In this document: piece after piece, positions 1 through 11,161 of the stretch
Layout: every line of letters starts with the position of its first letter
Numbering within the stretch: the stretch's first letter is position 1
NCBI GenBank assembly: GCA_028277625.1
Contig: JANQFW010000038.1
Span: 903 to 64,902, forward strand
Direction of reading: 5' to 3'
DNA from: Candidatus Gastranaerophilales bacterium
GTDB taxonomy: Bacteria > Cyanobacteriota > Vampirovibrionia > Gastranaerophilales > JANQFW01
Length of the DNA: 64,000 nucleotides
The notes under the pieces: generated by a model
Told to the model about the DNA's origin: nothing
The model's input: only the letters and a program-made list of their open reading frames with translations
The model's database searches: none
Translations under genes and position numbers: made by a program

Positions 1-900
1 ACCATAAACACGCCCGGTTTTCCCTCTAACCAATTCGGCAATATCAGGATTTTTCTTCTGTGGCATAATACTACTACCGGTACTATAAGCATCATCCAAC
101 TCTACAAAGCTAAATTCAGAAGAGCTCCACAATATAGTCTCCTCGCAAAATCTGCTTAAATGCATCATCAAGATAGATAAACAGCTTAATAACTCAATAA
201 CATGGTCCCTGTCAGAAACAGCATCAATACTATTCTGGGTAATAAAGGGGAAGTCGAGTTCATCAGCAACAACATCCCTATCTAATGGATAAGTAGTAGT
301 TGCCAACGCTCCAGACCCAAGAGGTAAAACATTCATACGCTTGTAGCAATCATCAAGTCTTGCACGATCACGCTTTAGCATCTCAAAATAAGCCAAAACG
401 TGATGTGCAAAAGATATAGGCTGCGCCCTCTGCAAATGAGTATACCCCGGCAAAATTGTTTCTTTATGTTGTTTAGCTGTATTATTTAATACCACTTGCA
501 ACTCTTTTATAAGGCTAGAGATATTAATAATCTCTTCTCTAAGGTACATCTTAATATCCAAAGCAACTTGATCGTTTCTGCTACGTCCTGTATGCAATTT
601 TTTACCCACATCACCAATTCTGGATATAAGCTCTTTCTCAATGTTCATATGAATATCCTCAGCCTGAACATCGAACTCAACTTTGCCGGCCTCAATATCT
701 GTAAGTATTTCTTTTAAAGTCTTTTTAATACTTTCAGCATCTTGCTTAGGTATGACACCTTGATTTCCAAGCATTCCCACATGTGCAATACTACCGAGAA
801 TGTCTTGCTTATACATTCTTTGGTCAACATCAATGGACGAATTAAAATCATCAACCATTGAAGCAGTAGATTTACTAAAGCGACCTCCCCAGAGTTTCAT
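1..900 (-). CDS. argH: argininosuccinate lyase (runs off window start)
   Basis: Manual translation from ATG at 900: [40 protein letters not shown]...; later [10 protein letters not shown] and [12 protein letters not shown] motifs; last gene of arg operon; absent from ORF track because truncated. Confidence 0.97.
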   Translation of the reverse strand, partial: MKLWGGRFSKSTASMVDDFNSSIDVDQRMYKQDILGSIAHVGMLGNQGVIPKQDAESIKKTLKEILTDIEAGKVEFDVQAEDIHMNIEKELISRIGDVGKKLHTGRSRNDQVALDIKMYLREEIINISSLIKELQVVLNNTAKQHKETILPGYTHLQRAQPISFAHHVLAYFEMLKRDRARLDDCYKRMNVLPLGSGALATTTYPLDRDVVADELDFPFITQNSIDAVSDRDHVIELLSCLSILMMHLSRFCEETILWSSSEFSFVELDDAYSTGSSIMPQKKNPDIAELVRGKTGRVYG

Positions 901-918
901 AAGCATTCATCCTTTTAA

Positions 919-2136
919 TTACTTAATATTATCTTTGTTAGCTTGCATCATTAATGCATTGACCTTTAACGGCAGACCAAACAGATTTATAAATCCTTCA
1001 GCATCTTTATGATTATATAGTTCACCGGTAGTAAAGCTAGCTAAGCTTTCATTATATAACGAATACTGTGAAGTAGAACCCGCAGGTATTATATTACCCT
1101 TGTATAATTTTAGTTTTACAGTACCTGTAACCGTTCTCTGTGTTGCATCAACAAATGCAGATAAAGCTTCTCTTAATGGTGTAAACCACTCTCCACTATA
1201 TGTTAATTCGGCAAATTTAATTCCAATCATTTCTTTATAAGCTATTGTCTGCTTATCAAGACACATATGCTCAAGCTCCTCGTGTGCTGCATAAAGAATA
1301 GTTCCGCCCGGTGTTTCATACACACCTCTTGACTTCATTCCAACAACTCTGTTTTCTAACAAATCAATAGTACCAATGCCGTTCTTACCACCGATTTCAT
1401 TTAATTTATAAACTAATTGAGCAGGGCTTAGAGCTTCGCCATCAACTTTAACAGGAATGCCCTTTTCAAATTCAAGCTCTACATAAGTTGGTTCATCCGG
1501 TGCATTTTCTGGTGTAACAGACATCTGCAGAAGCTTGTTATAATTAGGCTCATTAGAAGGATCTTCTAATTCAAGGCCTTCGTGGCTAAGATGCCACAGA
1601 TTTCTATCTCTACTGTAGCTTTCACCTTTCTTAACAGGCACTTCTATATTTCTCTTCTTACAGAATTCAATAGCATCTTCTCTAGATTGAATATCCCATA
1701 TCCTCCAAGGAGCAATAATCTTTAAGTGTGGTGCTAATGCCTTAATCGTTAATTCAAAACGAACCTGATCGTTACCTTTACCGGTAGCACCATGACAAAT
1801 CGCTTCTGCACCTTCTTTTAAAGCAACATCAACTAATTTCTTAGCGATTAATGGTCGAGCAATAGACGTACCAAGCAAATATTTACCTTCATATACAGCA
1901 CCAGCTTTTAACATAGGCCATACATAGTCAGAAGTAAACTCTTCATCAACTTCTTCAAGATAGTATTTACACGCCCCGGTTGAAAGAGCTTTTTGCTCCA
2001 AACCTTCGGTCTCTTTACCCTGGCCAACATCAACACATACAGCGATTACCTCATAGTCATAGTTTTCTTTTAACCAAGGTATAATAACTGTAGTATCTAA
2101 TCCGCCGGAATAAGCTAATATCACTTTTTTCTTCAT
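919..2136 (-). CDS. argG: argininosuccinate synthase
   Basis: [35 protein letters not shown] motifs. Confidence 0.98.
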   Translation of the reverse strand: MKKKVILAYSGGLDTTVIIPWLKENYDYEVIAVCVDVGQGKETEGLEQKALSTGACKYYLEEVDEEFTSDYVWPMLKAGAVYEGKYLLGTSIARPLIAKKLVDVALKEGAEAICHGATGKGNDQVRFELTIKALAPHLKIIAPWRIWDIQSREDAIEFCKKRNIEVPVKKGESYSRDRNLWHLSHEGLELEDPSNEPNYNKLLQMSVTPENAPDEPTYVELEFEKGIPVKVDGEALSPAQLVYKLNEIGGKNGIGTIDLLENRVVGMKSRGVYETPGGTILYAAHEELEHMCLDKQTIAYKEMIGIKFAELTYSGEWFTPLREALSAFVDATQRTVTGTVKLKLYKGNIIPAGSTSQYSLYNESLASFTTGELYNHKDAEGFINLFGLPLKVNALMMQANKDNIK

Positions 2137-2306
2137 TTATATGATCCTTCCTTTAGTGATTTCTTGCCTTTTATATATTACAGAATACTAGCAATATAGT
2201 TTAATTATCAATAGTTTAATTTAATTTTTTTCGTAAAATACACGATTTAGTTTAGATATTCACTTTATTATAAAGACTTATATCTTTATTTAAAGTTTTT
2301 TAATAT

Positions 2307-5300
2307 TTATTTTTTGACTTTTAATAAATTTTTATTAATATAATAATCAATAGTTTCGTACGTAAGCTCAGCGTTATCCTTTAAAGACTTAAGAGCAACA
2401 AGATAAGCATTAATAGTATCCAGTGAAGTAAATCCAGGTATCTTATACTGCTCAGCAATTGCCCTAATTTTAAACCCGCTGCGTTTTGGATTCTTACCTA
2501 AAGTCGGTATATTAAGACTCATAGTAATCTCACCCGCCTTGATCTTTTGCTCTATCAACTGTGAGTCATGACGATCAATAAGCTCAACATCAAGGCCTTT
2601 TTGCTGATAGAATTCACCAGTATGCTTTGTAGCTATTACTTTAAATCCAAGATCAATAAACTCTTTTATTGTATTTAAAGATTCTTCTCTAGCCTCAGGC
2701 TTTAAAGATACAAGCAAGCAGCCACTTTGAGGAAATGCAAATCCAGCCCCCTTAAATGCCTTTATTAAAGCCCTATCATAAGTAGTGTCAACACCAAGCA
2801 CTTCACCGGTAGACTTCATTTCAGGGGTTAAAGCAACGTCAACATCATTAAGTTTTTGGAATGAAAATACAGGAGCTTTAACAGCTACCAAATTACTTGA
2901 AGGCTTTAATCCGGTACCATATCCTAAATCTTTTAGGTTCTCACCTAAAATAGCTTTAATAGCAAGATCAACCATAGGAACCTTTGTAACTTTACTAAGT
3001 ATTGGCACAGTACGAGAGGCTCTAGGATTGACCTCTATTACATAAACCTCTTCATCCTTTACGACAAACTGAATATTCATCAAGCCGATAACCTGTAAAG
3101 CTTTTGCCAGTTTTGCAGTATAGTCAACCAAGGTATCTAAAACCTTTTGAGATATTGTTTGAGTCGGATATGTACAGAAGCTATCACCGGAGTGAATACC
3201 AGTTCTTTCGATATGCTCCATAATTCCAGGTATTAAAATATCATTCCTGTCGGAGATTGCATCAACTTCAACCTCTTTACCTTCAATGTACTGGTCAATA
3301 AGAATAGGATGATCAGGTGAAAGGGAAGCGGCTTCTTTCACATAAGATTTTAATCCATTTTCATCATAAACAATCTGCATAGCTCTACCACCTATAACAT
3401 AAGAAGGTCTTACCAACACAGGAAAACCAATACTTCTGGCAGTAGTTATAGCATCTCTCAAGTTAGTTACAGCTGCGCCTTTTGGTTGTTTAATATCTAA
3501 TTCTCTTAATAATCTTTCGAATCTTTTTCTGTCTTCTGCAACGTCAATAGATTCTACAGAAGTACCAAGTATCTGAACACCTCTTTTTAAAAGCTTTGGC
3601 GCAAGATTAATCGCAGTTTGCCCACCAAATTGAACAATTACACCCTGCGGCATTTCTTTTCTGATTACGTTATAAACATCTTCAATATACAGAGGTTCAA
3701 AATACAACTTATCTGCTGTATCAAAATCAGTACTAACTGTTTCAGGATTGTTATTTATAATAATTGATTCATATCCAGCTTTTTGAATACCCCAAGCAGC
3801 ATGAACAGAGCAATAATCAAACTCTATACCCTGACCTATTCTTATTGGGCCTGAGCCTATTACTATTATTTTTTTATTTTTAGTTATTTCATTTTCATCT
3901 TCTTTCTCAAAAGTTGAATAATAATAAGGTGTAGCAGATTCAAATTCAGCGGCACAGGTATCTACCATTTTATAAACAGGATATAAATTATGCGCTCTTC
4001 TTAGTGTATCAAGTGTTTCCATTGACTCACCTGAGAGGTCTACTATCTCAGGGTCGGTAAAACCGCTTGACTCTGCCTTATGAAGAAGCTCAACAGTTAA
4101 CTCTTCTGCCTCTAAACGATTTTCTATATTTACTATATTGCCGATTTTATTGATAAACCAAGGGTCTATTTTAGTAATTTCAAATATTTCTTCGGTAGAA
4201 ATACCTTTTCTTAAAGCTTCAGCTAGCACAAAAACTCTTTTATCATCACAAATATGAAGCTTATCAATAACTTCATCTTGCGAAAGCATTTCCAACTTGG
4301 GACTTCTTAATCCATTCCCTTTACCCTCAAGAGATATTACAGCTTTCAAAAATGAACTTTCAAAAGTTCTATCAATTGCCATTACCTCGCCTGTAGCTTT
4401 CATCTGGGTTCCTAGCTTTCTATTAGCATAAGAAAACTTATCAAAAGGCCATTTAGGAATTTTTGTTACTACATAGTCAAGCGCAGGCTCAAATGACGCC
4501 ATTGTTTTCTTTGTAACATAGTTAGGTATTTCGTGTAAATTCATACCAATAGCAATTTTAGCTGCAATTTTGGCAATAGGATAACCAGCTGCCTTGGATG
4601 CCAATGCAGAAGATCTGCTAACCCTTGGGTTAACTTCAATCACAACATACTCCATACTTTCAGGATTAAGTGCATATTGAACATTACACCCACCTTCAAT
4701 CTCTAATGCTCTTATTATTTTAATAGCAGAGGTTCTTAGCATATGGTATTCTTCATCTCTCAATGTCTGAGAAGGAGCAACAACTATGCTATCTCCAGTA
4801 TGAACTCCAACAGGATCAAGATTTTCCATATTACAAACAACTATACAGGTATCATTAGAGTCCCTCATTACCTCATATTCAATCTCTTTCCAGCCAGCAA
4901 CGCTTTGTTCCAACAATACTTGATTAATTCTACTATGCAATAAACCTTTGTGTAGTATGTCTTTTAATTCTTCATTATTATGTGCAATGCCACCGCCAGT
5001 ACCACCAAGGGTATAAGCCGGCCTAATAATCACAGGAAAACCTATTTCTTTAACAAAAGCCTCGCCATCTTCCAGAGTGCAAACGATTTGGCTTTTAGGC
5101 ACAGGCTCTTTTATTTCCTTCATTAAATCTTTAAAACTTTCCCTATCCTCTGCTTTTTTAATTGTATCAAGAGAAGTACCCAGCAATTTTACATTATATT
5201 TATCTAAAATCCCTGCTTCTTGAAGCTCAACAGCAATATTAAGACCAGTTTGCCCACCTAATGTAGGTAATAATCCGTCAGGGCGTTCTTTATCTATAAT

Positions 5301-5528
5301 ATAAGACAAAATCTCTACATTTAAAGGCTGTATATATACCCTATCTGCCATATTATCATCTGTCATGATAGTTGCAGGATTACTATTTACAAGGACCACT
5401 TCCATATTTTCTTCTTTTAAAGATTTACACGCCTGAGTACCGGCATAATCAAATTCTGCAGCCTGTCCAATTATAATAGGACCAGATCCAACAACCAAAA
5501 CTTTTTTAACTTCTTTATTTGCCGACAT
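2307..5528 (-). CDS. carB: carbamoyl-phosphate synthase large subunit
   Basis: GSGPIIIGQAAEFDY, duplicated ATP-grasp halves, C-terminal MGS-like domain; 1073 aa. Confidence 0.98.
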   Translation of the reverse strand: MSANKEVKKVLVVGSGPIIIGQAAEFDYAGTQACKSLKEENMEVVLVNSNPATIMTDDNMADRVYIQPLNVEILSYIIDKERPDGLLPTLGGQTGLNIAVELQEAGILDKYNVKLLGTSLDTIKKAEDRESFKDLMKEIKEPVPKSQIVCTLEDGEAFVKEIGFPVIIRPAYTLGGTGGGIAHNNEELKDILHKGLLHSRINQVLLEQSVAGWKEIEYEVMRDSNDTCIVVCNMENLDPVGVHTGDSIVVAPSQTLRDEEYHMLRTSAIKIIRALEIEGGCNVQYALNPESMEYVVIEVNPRVSRSSALASKAAGYPIAKIAAKIAIGMNLHEIPNYVTKKTMASFEPALDYVVTKIPKWPFDKFSYANRKLGTQMKATGEVMAIDRTFESSFLKAVISLEGKGNGLRSPKLEMLSQDEVIDKLHICDDKRVFVLAEALRKGISTEEIFEITKIDPWFINKIGNIVNIENRLEAEELTVELLHKAESSGFTDPEIVDLSGESMETLDTLRRAHNLYPVYKMVDTCAAEFESATPYYYSTFEKEDENEITKNKKIIVIGSGPIRIGQGIEFDYCSVHAAWGIQKAGYESIIINNNPETVSTDFDTADKLYFEPLYIEDVYNVIRKEMPQGVIVQFGGQTAINLAPKLLKRGVQILGTSVESIDVAEDRKRFERLLRELDIKQPKGAAVTNLRDAITTARSIGFPVLVRPSYVIGGRAMQIVYDENGLKSYVKEAASLSPDHPILIDQYIEGKEVEVDAISDRNDILIPGIMEHIERTGIHSGDSFCTYPTQTISQKVLDTLVDYTAKLAKALQVIGLMNIQFVVKDEEVYVIEVNPRASRTVPILSKVTKVPMVDLAIKAILGENLKDLGYGTGLKPSSNLVAVKAPVFSFQKLNDVDVALTPEMKSTGEVLGVDTTYDRALIKAFKGAGFAFPQSGCLLVSLKPEAREESLNTIKEFIDLGFKVIATKHTGEFYQQKGLDVELIDRHDSQLIEQKIKAGEITMSLNIPTLGKNPKRSGFKIRAIAEQYKIPGFTSLDTINAYLVALKSLKDNAELTYETIDYYINKNLLKVKK

Positions 5529-5529
5529 T

Positions 5530-6594
5530 TTACTTCCCCTCTCCTATTGACTCTAGCCACTCTTTAAATAAATAACTTGCATCTTCAGGCCCTGGCCCAG
5601 CTTCCGGGTGAAACTGTACAGAGTGAATATTCAGGTCAGGACAGCTATAGCCCTCTATTGTATTGTCATTCACATTAACATGTGTAATTTGAATATTACT
5701 AGGCAAACTTTTGTCAGATACTGCATATCCATGATTTTGAGAAGTCATGGTTACTCTATTGTTTCTTTTATCAATAACAGGATGATTACTACCTCTATGA
5801 CCAAATTTAAGCTTATAAGTATCTGCACCAAGGGCTAAAGAAACTATCTGATGACCTAAACAGATACAAAATATAGGCAGTTTTCCGATTAAATTCTTGG
5901 CAGTACTAATAGCTTCATGTACATCTTTGGGATCTCCAGGGCCGTTTGAAAATAAAATCGCATCAAGTTTATCATTTAATATTGCTTGAGATGATGTATT
6001 CCAAGGATATATATAAATTTCACACCCTAATTGCTTTAAATATTTAATAATATAAGACTTTACACCAAAGTCTAAAATACCCACCTTTTTGCCGGATGCA
6101 GGGATAATTTCCTTTTGCTGACGCGAAACATTAGCCACGACATCAGAGGGAAATTTGTATTTTTCAAGCTTATTTACTAATTCATCAGTTATTTTCTCAG
6201 TTGTAACAATGCAATTCATAGTACCTTGCTTGCGGATCTTCTTTGTTAGCATTCTAGTGTCAACATCTGCAATGGCAAAAATATTATTATCTTTTAAGTA
6301 ATCAGAAAGATTTCCGGTACTTTTCCAATTACTTTCCATTTCACAGTATTCTTTTACTACAAATCCATTTACTTTTATTGATTCCGATTGTACATCATCA
6401 AGATTTACACCGTAATTACCTATCAAAGGATAAGTCATTACTACAACTTGTCCTGCATAAGAAGGATCAGTGAGAACCTCTTGATATCCTGTCATGCCGG
6501 TATTAAATACAATTTCGCCCATCACTGTTTTTTCCGCACCAAAGGATGTGCCCTCTATGATTGTTCCATCTTCCAATAATATATACGCTTTCAT
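5530..6594 (-). CDS. carA: carbamoyl-phosphate synthase small subunit
   Basis: GEIVFNTGMTGYQE, SNGPGDP, ICLGHQ, VQFHPEA. Confidence 0.98.
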   Translation of the reverse strand: MKAYILLEDGTIIEGTSFGAEKTVMGEIVFNTGMTGYQEVLTDPSYAGQVVVMTYPLIGNYGVNLDDVQSESIKVNGFVVKEYCEMESNWKSTGNLSDYLKDNNIFAIADVDTRMLTKKIRKQGTMNCIVTTEKITDELVNKLEKYKFPSDVVANVSRQQKEIIPASGKKVGILDFGVKSYIIKYLKQLGCEIYIYPWNTSSQAILNDKLDAILFSNGPGDPKDVHEAISTAKNLIGKLPIFCICLGHQIVSLALGADTYKLKFGHRGSNHPVIDKRNNRVTMTSQNHGYAVSDKSLPSNIQITHVNVNDNTIEGYSCPDLNIHSVQFHPEAGPGPEDASYLFKEWLESIGEGK

Positions 6595-6604
6595 GCCATA
6601 TCTC

Positions 6605-7786
6605 CTATAAAGTTTCTTTTAATATCGCAATTGCCTTATCAACTTCTTCTTTGCTAATTATTAAAGGCGGTACAAACCTTATAACATTTGATCCAGCCCC
6701 AACTAATAAAAGACCATTATTTAAACATTCCAAAATAACATCAGCAGCTGGCTTATCAATCTCTATACCCTGCATAAGCCCAACACCTCTAATATCCTTT
6801 ATACATTTTTTTTCTTTTTTTAGGTTTTGCAAGCATTCGCTTAAGTATTCACCTATTTCCCAGGTACTTTTTAATATATTTTTATTTAAAAGAAAATCTA
6901 ATACCGTAAGCCCGGCCGAACAAGCTAAAGCATTACCGCCAAATGTACTTGCATGATCTCCTGGCTGAAAAGCCCGAGCCACATTTTCTATCGCAAGTAT
7001 TGCGCCAATTGGACAACCTCCACCTAAGCCCTTTGCTAAAGCAATAACATCAGGCGCAACATCATAATATTCATAAGCAAATAAATATCCTGTTCTGCCC
7101 ATTCCACATTGCACTTCATCATAAGCAAGAACTATATTATTTTCATCACAAATTTTTCTTACTTCTTGCAAATATTCTTTTGATACAGGTCTAATACCAC
7201 CTTCACCCTGTATTGGCTCTAGGATTATCCCACAGGTATTGTCTGACATTTGCGCTTTTAAAGATTCTATATCATTAAATTCAGCATATTTAATGCCTGG
7301 CAATAATGGAATTAAGCCTTCTTGATATTTATCTTGACCTGTTGCAGTAATAGCCCCATAAGTTCTACCATGGAAAGATTGTTTGATAGTAATAATTTCA
7401 AAACAATCATCTCCTTTAAATTTTTTACCATACTTCCTACATAATTTTAAAATACCCTCAATAGCTTCTGCTCCGCTGTTACAGAAAAATACCTTGTCAA
7501 AAATACTATTTTCAACAAGGCACTTAGCTAATTCTATTTGAGGTTTATTCCAATATAAGTTTGAAATATGGATTAATTTCCCGATTTGGTCCGTCAGGTT
7601 TGAAATAAAATCTTTATTATTATAACCAAGTGTATTAACAGCTATACCAGATACAAAATCAAGGTATTTTTTGCCATTTGTATCAGTGACATAGCAGCCA
7701 TCTGCACTTTCTATTGTGACAGGAAAGCGCTTATATGTATTCATTACGTATTTATCACCAAGTTCAAGCCAATTTTGCTCAGACAT
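6605..7786 (-). CDS. argD: acetylornithine aminotransferase
   Basis: Class III aminotransferase: FCNSGAEA, FHGRT, DEVQCGMGRTG, AKGLGGG; operon context. Confidence 0.95.
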   Translation of the reverse strand: MSEQNWLELGDKYVMNTYKRFPVTIESADGCYVTDTNGKKYLDFVSGIAVNTLGYNNKDFISNLTDQIGKLIHISNLYWNKPQIELAKCLVENSIFDKVFFCNSGAEAIEGILKLCRKYGKKFKGDDCFEIITIKQSFHGRTYGAITATGQDKYQEGLIPLLPGIKYAEFNDIESLKAQMSDNTCGIILEPIQGEGGIRPVSKEYLQEVRKICDENNIVLAYDEVQCGMGRTGYLFAYEYYDVAPDVIALAKGLGGGCPIGAILAIENVARAFQPGDHASTFGGNALACSAGLTVLDFLLNKNILKSTWEIGEYLSECLQNLKKEKKCIKDIRGVGLMQGIEIDKPAADVILECLNNGLLLVGAGSNVIRFVPPLIISKEEVDKAIAILKETL

Positions 7787-7795
7787 TTTCTTCCT

Positions 7796-8677
7796 CTATT
7801 TCTCTATTTGGGTCCCAATTCCCTTATGAGTAAATATCTCTAATAACAAGCTGTGTTCAACTCTACCATCTAAGATATGAACGGTCTTTACACCAGCTTC
7901 AACACCAGAAACACAACACTCAACCTTTGGTATCATCCCACCTGATATGATTTTTTGCTCAATATAACTCGCCACTTCTTTGACAGTCATTCTTGATATT
8001 AAAGATTCACTATCATTTACATCTTTTAAAACACCTGGTACATCTGTAAGATATACAAGCTTATTAGCATTTAAAGCACCGGCAATTGCACTTGCAGCAT
8101 AATCAGCATTTATATTATAGCCATTACCGCTACAGTCTTTACCCACAGGTGCTATTACCGGAATAAAATCATTGTCGATTACTGCCTTTATTAAGTCAGT
8201 ATTTACTTTTTCTACTTCACCTATCTGCCCTGCGTCTTTACCATTGATATACTTCTTTTTTGCAGTTAAAATATTGCCGTCTTTACCGCTTACGCCTACA
8301 GCATTTACCCCTAGTGTCTGCAAATTAGAAACTATATCTTTATTTACCTTACCAGAAAGAACCATTTCAACAACTTCCATTGTTTTAGCATCAGTAACCC
8401 TTAATCCATCGACAAACTCGGGCTCCTTACCTATTTCATCCAACATATTATTAATACTAGGACCACCCCCGTGTACAATAACAGGATATATACCTACTCT
8501 TTTTAATAACACAATATCTTGAAAAACCTTTTGTTTTAATCGCTCATCAAGCATTGCGCTGCCACCATACTTAATAACAAAGATATTTCCCGAAAATTCT
8601 TTGATATAAGGTAATGCTTCTATTAGTACATTAGCCTTTTCAATATATTTTTGCATTGTATTATTAATCACTTCCAT
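7796..8677 (-). CDS. argB: acetylglutamate kinase
   Basis: VIKYGGSAM, VHGGGP, GLRVTD, NINAD, GGMIPK. Confidence 0.97.
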   Translation of the reverse strand: MEVINNTMQKYIEKANVLIEALPYIKEFSGNIFVIKYGGSAMLDERLKQKVFQDIVLLKRVGIYPVIVHGGGPSINNMLDEIGKEPEFVDGLRVTDAKTMEVVEMVLSGKVNKDIVSNLQTLGVNAVGVSGKDGNILTAKKKYINGKDAGQIGEVEKVNTDLIKAVIDNDFIPVIAPVGKDCSGNGYNINADYAASAIAGALNANKLVYLTDVPGVLKDVNDSESLISRMTVKEVASYIEQKIISGGMIPKVECCVSGVEAGVKTVHILDGRVEHSLLLEIFTHKGIGTQIEK

Positions 8678-8689
8678 TATTTTGCTCCC

Positions 8690-9910
8690 TTATGACCTAT
8701 ATTCGCCATTTATTTTTACGTATTCATAACTTAAATCACAACCCCAGGCTTTGGCCTCAGCAGTACCTTGATTTAAATCGATTTGTGCTTTTATTTCTTT
8801 TTCTTCTAATATTTCTAAAGCTCTATCTTCATTAAATTCAATAGGTTTACCATTATCAACAAGTGTTATCTCACCGGAATTACTTTTAAATAAAACATTA
8901 ATCTTATCAAAATCAAATTTAACACCAGAGTAGCCCATTGCTGCTACAATCCTGCCCCAGTTTGCATCCTCACCAAAAAAAGCGGTTTTAACAAGACTAG
9001 AGTTAATAACAGTTTTGCACATTTTCTTGGCATCTTCTTTAGAATTTGCTGAGCGCACGTGTATTTCGATAAACTTGGTTGCACCCTCGCCATCCTTAAT
9101 GATTTGCTTGGCTAGATATCTGTTAATTTTATCAAGTGCCTGCTTGAACATATCATACTCTGTAGAATCAGGCATAATTTCAGGAATATCAGTCTTACCG
9201 TTAGCTAACAGTACAACCATATCATTTGTACTCGTATCCCCATCAACAGAAATCATATTATAACTGTCATCAACACTTTCTTTAAGCATTTTTTGCAATA
9301 AACTAGAGCCAATATTGGCATCTGTAAATAAAAAAGAAAGCATAGTCGCCATATTAGGATGAATCATTCCAGAACCTTTTGCTTGCCCAACTATTTTAAC
9401 AGGCTTATCAAATAGTTCAAGTTCAATAGTAATCTGTTTAGTAAATGTATCAGTAGTTAAAATACCTTCTGCTGCATCGTTAAAAGCCTCTTCTCTATTA
9501 TCCAGGGCTGGTATATTATCTTGAATACCTTTAGAAATCAAGTTAATAGGTAAAACCTGACCGATAATTCCTGTTGAAGCAACAAAAACTTCTTCCTTGT
9601 TTAGATTAAGACCATCTGCAAGATCTTGTGCCATTTGTTGAGCGTGAACTTTTCCAATTTCACCGGTACAAGCATTAGCATTACCACTATTTATAACTAT
9701 AGCCCGTATTTTATTACCATCATCTAATAATTTTTTATTCCATAGCAAAGGTGCTGCTTTCAAAGCATTCCTGGTGAAGACTGCCGCTGCATTGCAATTA
9801 TTCTTGCTATAATAGATGGTTAAATCTTTTCTTTTTCTTTTTATCCCTATATGACTACCTACTGCAAAAAATCCATTCGGGGCAATGACTTTCTCTCCTA
9901 TGACTTTCAT
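8690..9910 (-). CDS. argJ: ornithine acetyltransferase / N-acetylglutamate synthase ArgJ
   Basis: NSGNANACTG, KGSGMIHPNMATML, DGDTSTND, DGEGATK. Confidence 0.97.
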   Translation of the reverse strand: MKVIGEKVIAPNGFFAVGSHIGIKRKRKDLTIYYSKNNCNAAAVFTRNALKAAPLLWNKKLLDDGNKIRAIVINSGNANACTGEIGKVHAQQMAQDLADGLNLNKEEVFVASTGIIGQVLPINLISKGIQDNIPALDNREEAFNDAAEGILTTDTFTKQITIELELFDKPVKIVGQAKGSGMIHPNMATMLSFLFTDANIGSSLLQKMLKESVDDSYNMISVDGDTSTNDMVVLLANGKTDIPEIMPDSTEYDMFKQALDKINRYLAKQIIKDGEGATKFIEIHVRSANSKEDAKKMCKTVINSSLVKTAFFGEDANWGRIVAAMGYSGVKFDFDKINVLFKSNSGEITLVDNGKPIEFNEDRALEILEEKEIKAQIDLNQGTAEAKAWGCDLSYEYVKINGEYRS

Positions 9911-9934
9911 TATTCTCTCCTTGATAAAATCTGG

Positions 9935-10978
9935 TCAAGCAGGAAATATAGGCACATGCGATATGCCTAACTTTTCGTCCAGCTCAAACATAATATTCAT
10001 ATTCTGCACTGCTTGACCTGCTGCACCTTTTATTAGGTTATCAATACAGCCAATGATTATAATTCTTCCGGTTCTTTCGTCTATAGTAAAACCAACATCA
10101 AAAAAGTTAGAACCTTTTACCCATCTTGTTTCGGGGTGTATACCTTCCTTGGCTATTCTTACAAAAAATTCTTTTTCATAGTATTTTTTATAAACATCTA
10201 AAATATCATTATAACTAATATCTTGATTTAATATGGCATAGCTGGTAGTTAGCAGGCCTCTATTCATCGGTATTAGATGAGGTGTAAATACCAAACTGAT
10301 ATCTTCACCAGCTGCTATAGATAACTCTTGTTCTATTTCTGGAGTATGTCTATGTGATAAGAGCTTGTAAGCTTTTAATGATTCATTACATTCTGTATAG
10401 TGAGTACCAATATTTAATGCTCTGCCGGCACCGCTTACACCTGATTTTGCATCTATGATAATACTATTTCTGGAAATTAAATCTTCTTTTAATAAAGGAT
10501 ATAAACTTAAAATACTACACGTTGTATAGCATCCTGGATTGGCTACTAGCCTTGAATGCTTTATATCTTCTCTTTTTATTTCAGATAAACCATACACAGC
10601 TTCTCCTAAAAGCTCAGAGCTACAATGCTCGGTTTGATACCATTGCTCATATATGTCTTTATCATTTAATCTGTAATCTGCACCTAAGTCTATTACTTTG
10701 ACCTTATCTAGTATGTTTTTATTTATTTTTTTTGATGCAATACCATGTGGCAGAGCTAAGAATATTACATCAAGATCATTCGCCATTTTTTCAAGGTCTT
10801 CTTCTTCGCAAGTTGCTTGAAAAATCCCGTTAAAGTTGTTGTATATATCATTATACTTCTGTTCGGCATAACTTTTAGATGTAATGGTCTTTATTTCAAC
10901 CTGGTGATGTTGTACTAAAATCCGTGCCAACTCTTCACCCACATATCCTGTTATCCCTACTATTCCAGCTTTTATCAT
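9935..10978 (-). CDS. argC: N-acetyl-gamma-glutamyl-phosphate reductase
   Basis: GITGYVG, ANPGCY, SGVSGAG, HRHTPEI, DNLIKGAAGQAVQN; start placed at ATG 10978 behind AAGGAGG. Confidence 0.97.
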   Translation of the reverse strand: MIKAGIVGITGYVGEELARILVQHHQVEIKTITSKSYAEQKYNDIYNNFNGIFQATCEEEDLEKMANDLDVIFLALPHGIASKKINKNILDKVKVIDLGADYRLNDKDIYEQWYQTEHCSSELLGEAVYGLSEIKREDIKHSRLVANPGCYTTCSILSLYPLLKEDLISRNSIIIDAKSGVSGAGRALNIGTHYTECNESLKAYKLLSHRHTPEIEQELSIAAGEDISLVFTPHLIPMNRGLLTTSYAILNQDISYNDILDVYKKYYEKEFFVRIAKEGIHPETRWVKGSNFFDVGFTIDERTGRIIIIGCIDNLIKGAAGQAVQNMNIMFELDEKLGISHVPIFPA

Positions 10979-11015
10979 TATATTCAACCTCCTTATCACT
11001 ACTCTCTATATATAC

Positions 11016-11049
11016 AAAAAACCTCCTATATAGTTATAGGAGGTTTTTT
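11016..11049 (-). terminator. intrinsic terminator in arg operon leader (attenuator)
   Basis: Perfect 15-bp inverted repeat aaaaaacctcctata-tagt-tataggaggtttttt, about 40 nt upstream of argC, with no annotated gene ending here. Confidence 0.8.
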
Positions 11050-11095
11050 AAAGCTTATTTATTAATTTAACCAAAGTAAAAACAGCATTAAAGTT

Positions 11096-11161
11096 TCAGC
11101 AATCCTCCTGAAGAACGATTGAACGGCATCGTGACCTGTTTTCATTTTTGGTTAAAATCAT
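11096..11161 (-). CDS. putative arg operon leader peptide MILTKNENRSRCRSIVLQEDC
   Basis: 21-codon ORF with clustered Arg codons AGG-x-CGA-x-CGT, purine-rich upstream sequence, followed by a terminator. Confidence 0.55.
   Translation of the reverse strand: MILTKNENRSRCRSIVLQEDC

Noticed and set aside
496-9263. Plus-strand ORFs overlapping the arg/car genes (e.g. 496-717, 2785-3045, 6561-6956, 8172-8522)
   Set aside because: Antisense shadows of well-supported genes; the same applies to the other short nested ORFs in the track
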